64,000 bases of DNA from Gekko japonicus (lineage: Eukaryota), in contig NW_015164665.1 in NCBI RefSeq assembly GCF_001447785.1, forward strand, positions 1,421,008-1,485,007, written 5' to 3'. A model generated the notes under the pieces. The model had not been told where the DNA came from and made no database searches. It saw only the letters and a list, made by a program, of their open reading frames with translations. The position numbers and the translations under genes were made by a program. Of this stretch, positions 61,874-64,000 are shown piece by piece. Position 1 is the first letter of the stretch. Every line of letters starts with the position of its first letter.

Positions 61874-64000
61874 GTCCTGGGTTAGAACTTTCATTCACTA
61901 GTAACACTTCTGTCTTGTCAGAATCAAGCTTCAGTTTATTATCCTGCATCCACTCCAAAACTATCTTCAGTCCCCAGTTCAGAGTTTGTACAACTTCCCT
62001 GGCACTGGCTGGAAGCATGAGATAAAACTGAATGTAATTTGCATATTAGTGACAACCTAGACCAAATTTCTGGATGACCTTACTCAGCTGTTTCATGCAG
62101 GTGTTGAAAAGCATAGGGGACAAGTTGGAGTCTTGTTGGAACCTGCAGGCCAAAGACCAAGGGGCTGAGCAGCAGCACCTTCTGAAGCCTACCTGATCAA
62201 TCACAATGCTGCCTCCCAGTCCCAGTCCAGAAAGGCAGTCCAGAAGGATACCATGATCAATAGTACTGAAACATGCTGAGAGGTCCAGGAAAATCAACAG
62301 AGCTGCTCTGTTGGGGTATATCTCCTGCCGGGCTGTGACAGGTGGAAAGGTTGCATAAAAACATTTTAAATGCATAAATGTCTAAAGATAAGTGTATTGA
62401 GTCAGGATAGAAAGTGATTAATTCTTTTGTGTAGCATATCACTTTGATACCTGACCATTCTTGAAAGGCCCAGGAAATCGTTTGAGGAAAGATATGGCAC
62501 CAGGAGTCAAATATTCTTTGAGCCAACATGTGTTTCCAAAGAAGGAGGACTGATTGGCAAACAGAAGTTTGAAGGCTGAATAGCAAAATAAGAGGAGGGA
62601 GTGACCAGAGCGATGATTCTCTGTAGAGATGGGGAGAACCAACAACATTAGAAGAAAAATAATGGAAATTAAAATTATGGATCTTAATTTTCTTCAAGGG
62701 AAACAAAAGCAAATTCTGTATATTATTACATCTATTTCACCATATACTTCAAAAAAGTGTGAAATAATCTCTGCATTTTCAAATTTCAGAGTCCCAGGTT
62801 TAGACAGAAAATATTCAAATAGTGACTCTCATCTTGAATTCTATGGTTTTTCATGTCAATTATTTGGTTCTATCTTGTGGCCTTCCCAGATATTTGAATC
62901 TGGCAAACTCAGAATGAATAGTGCCACCACTATAGTGTGTTCTGACTCTAATTAGCTGTGCCTATGAAGACTGCAAAAAGGCACAATGAACCAAGACTTG
63001 TATATGCCTGGATTACTTCAGCATTATCCACTGGTGGATTACTTCAGAATTATCTTGTACCTGCCTTGCTCCTGTCCTTGAATTTTCTCTTTTTCCATTT
63101 GCCTTTGTCTTCTGTTTCTCTAACTTCCTTTGTCTTCTGGTAGTTTGCATGGAATGATTGCCTGTGTCTTGTCAACAGTTCTGACCTTCGCATTTGGGTG
63201 ACTCAACTCTTGATGTGGCATAGTCCTCTGGTCTCCCTAAATCCTAGCATCTAATGGCTGATCTGGTATGTCTCCTTCCTGATCTCTCCATTCCTGTTGA
63301 TTGCCTGCACAGCATTTGAATTGTGACCCCAACATACCAGACAATTACTGTGTGTAGCATCTCAAAGAAAAACATGTAATTTGAAACCAAACCTGTCTTT
63401 ATCTCTAGACAGTAATCACAGCTTGTATACCACTGTTTTACTTTTAGTGCCTGTAGGTATGATGATTGAACGACATTAGTCATCATCTCTGTCGAATATG
63501 TGGGTCCATGATTGTGCGTACGGGTGTGATCAATCAAAAGTGCTCTGCTGTGGGGAGTTTCTGCTGACTTAGCGCTACATTATTCTGCAGTGTAGCATAC
63601 TGTATTTTAAAATAAGGGTAAATCTTTGACAGTTTTACTTTTCATATTCTAAGCAAGTAAGTCCTATCAATATGCCATATTCAATTCCAATAATACTGCA
63701 TAAAGTAGCATTTGTACTAATAGAACATTTAATCTTGTTTACCAGTGTATGGTGAATCCTTTGAAAATTGACATTTTACAAAGAGACAACACAGGAGTTT
63801 GGGAAGCCATAATGTAAAAAAAAAAAAAAATCACTCAGCAACTCTGGTATATTTTTTCAGAAACCTTCCCAGTTGAATTAATCCTGTCTAGCTTGAAATG
63901 ATCTGCTTATTTTTCGTTTCATTTCCTAAATGCAGAGCAGATATTTTTCAAGTTCCAAAGCATTTAAATGTGTTGAATCATTTATTAAGATAACAATACT

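Larger units (their letters stand above)
60850..62310 (-). mobile_element. Old L2 RT fragment interrupted by nested MITEs
   Basis: LDLSACFSTIDH, LSPMLFN and KLKLDSDKTEVLL. The reading continues across the 61087-61873 insertion (PGLKMSPILKRVALPFKEEACSLG). Confidence 0.8.

Noticed and set aside
63244-63537. 97-aa minus ORF and a small hairpin at ~63459-63486
   Set aside because: Non-ATG start, no homology recognised, and the stem is too short for a miRNA. I noticed no known mature miRNA sequence anywhere in the window (visual check only).

Overview
Vertebrate genomic DNA, almost certainly a squamate reptile. The repeat complement (L2, RTE/BovB, CR1, Penelope ends, tRNA- and 5S-derived SINEs, many hAT MITEs) looks gecko-like; this is an inference, not a lookup. 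The draft assembly has two N-gaps (1955-2058, 26464-26609). I could not identify any intact host protein-coding exon, and nearly all ORF-track entries are spurious or TE-derived. The window is a nested transposon landscape: a near-full-length dead L2 (about 51.3-54.6 kb) plus several truncated L2s; a decayed Ty1/Copia element (37.8-42.9 kb, minus) that keeps gag-PR-IN and a copia-type tRNA-iMet-fragment PBS but lacks RT/RNase H; Harbinger and hAT transposase fossils; many MITEs with verifiable 8-bp or 3-bp TSDs; a young 311-bp solo LTR; and a foldback element built from a 61-bp minisatellite. One CpG island (about 16.7-17.5 kb) with a splice donor and a strong downstream acceptor suggests the promoter of an unidentified, possibly non-coding, plus-strand transcript. 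Best leads: the minisatellite foldback family, the RT-less Copia, a Penelope palindrome with hammerhead-core remnants, a 5S-rRNA/RTE chimeric SINE, a CpG-rich unknown retroposon with an L2 tail, MITEs carrying KLF+octamer modules, a 138-bp flank duplication inside the L2 3' end, and a perfect 43-nt palindrome. I found no convincing evidence for a wholly new gene system. Boundaries without TSDs are approximate, and family names come from recalled motifs, not from searches.
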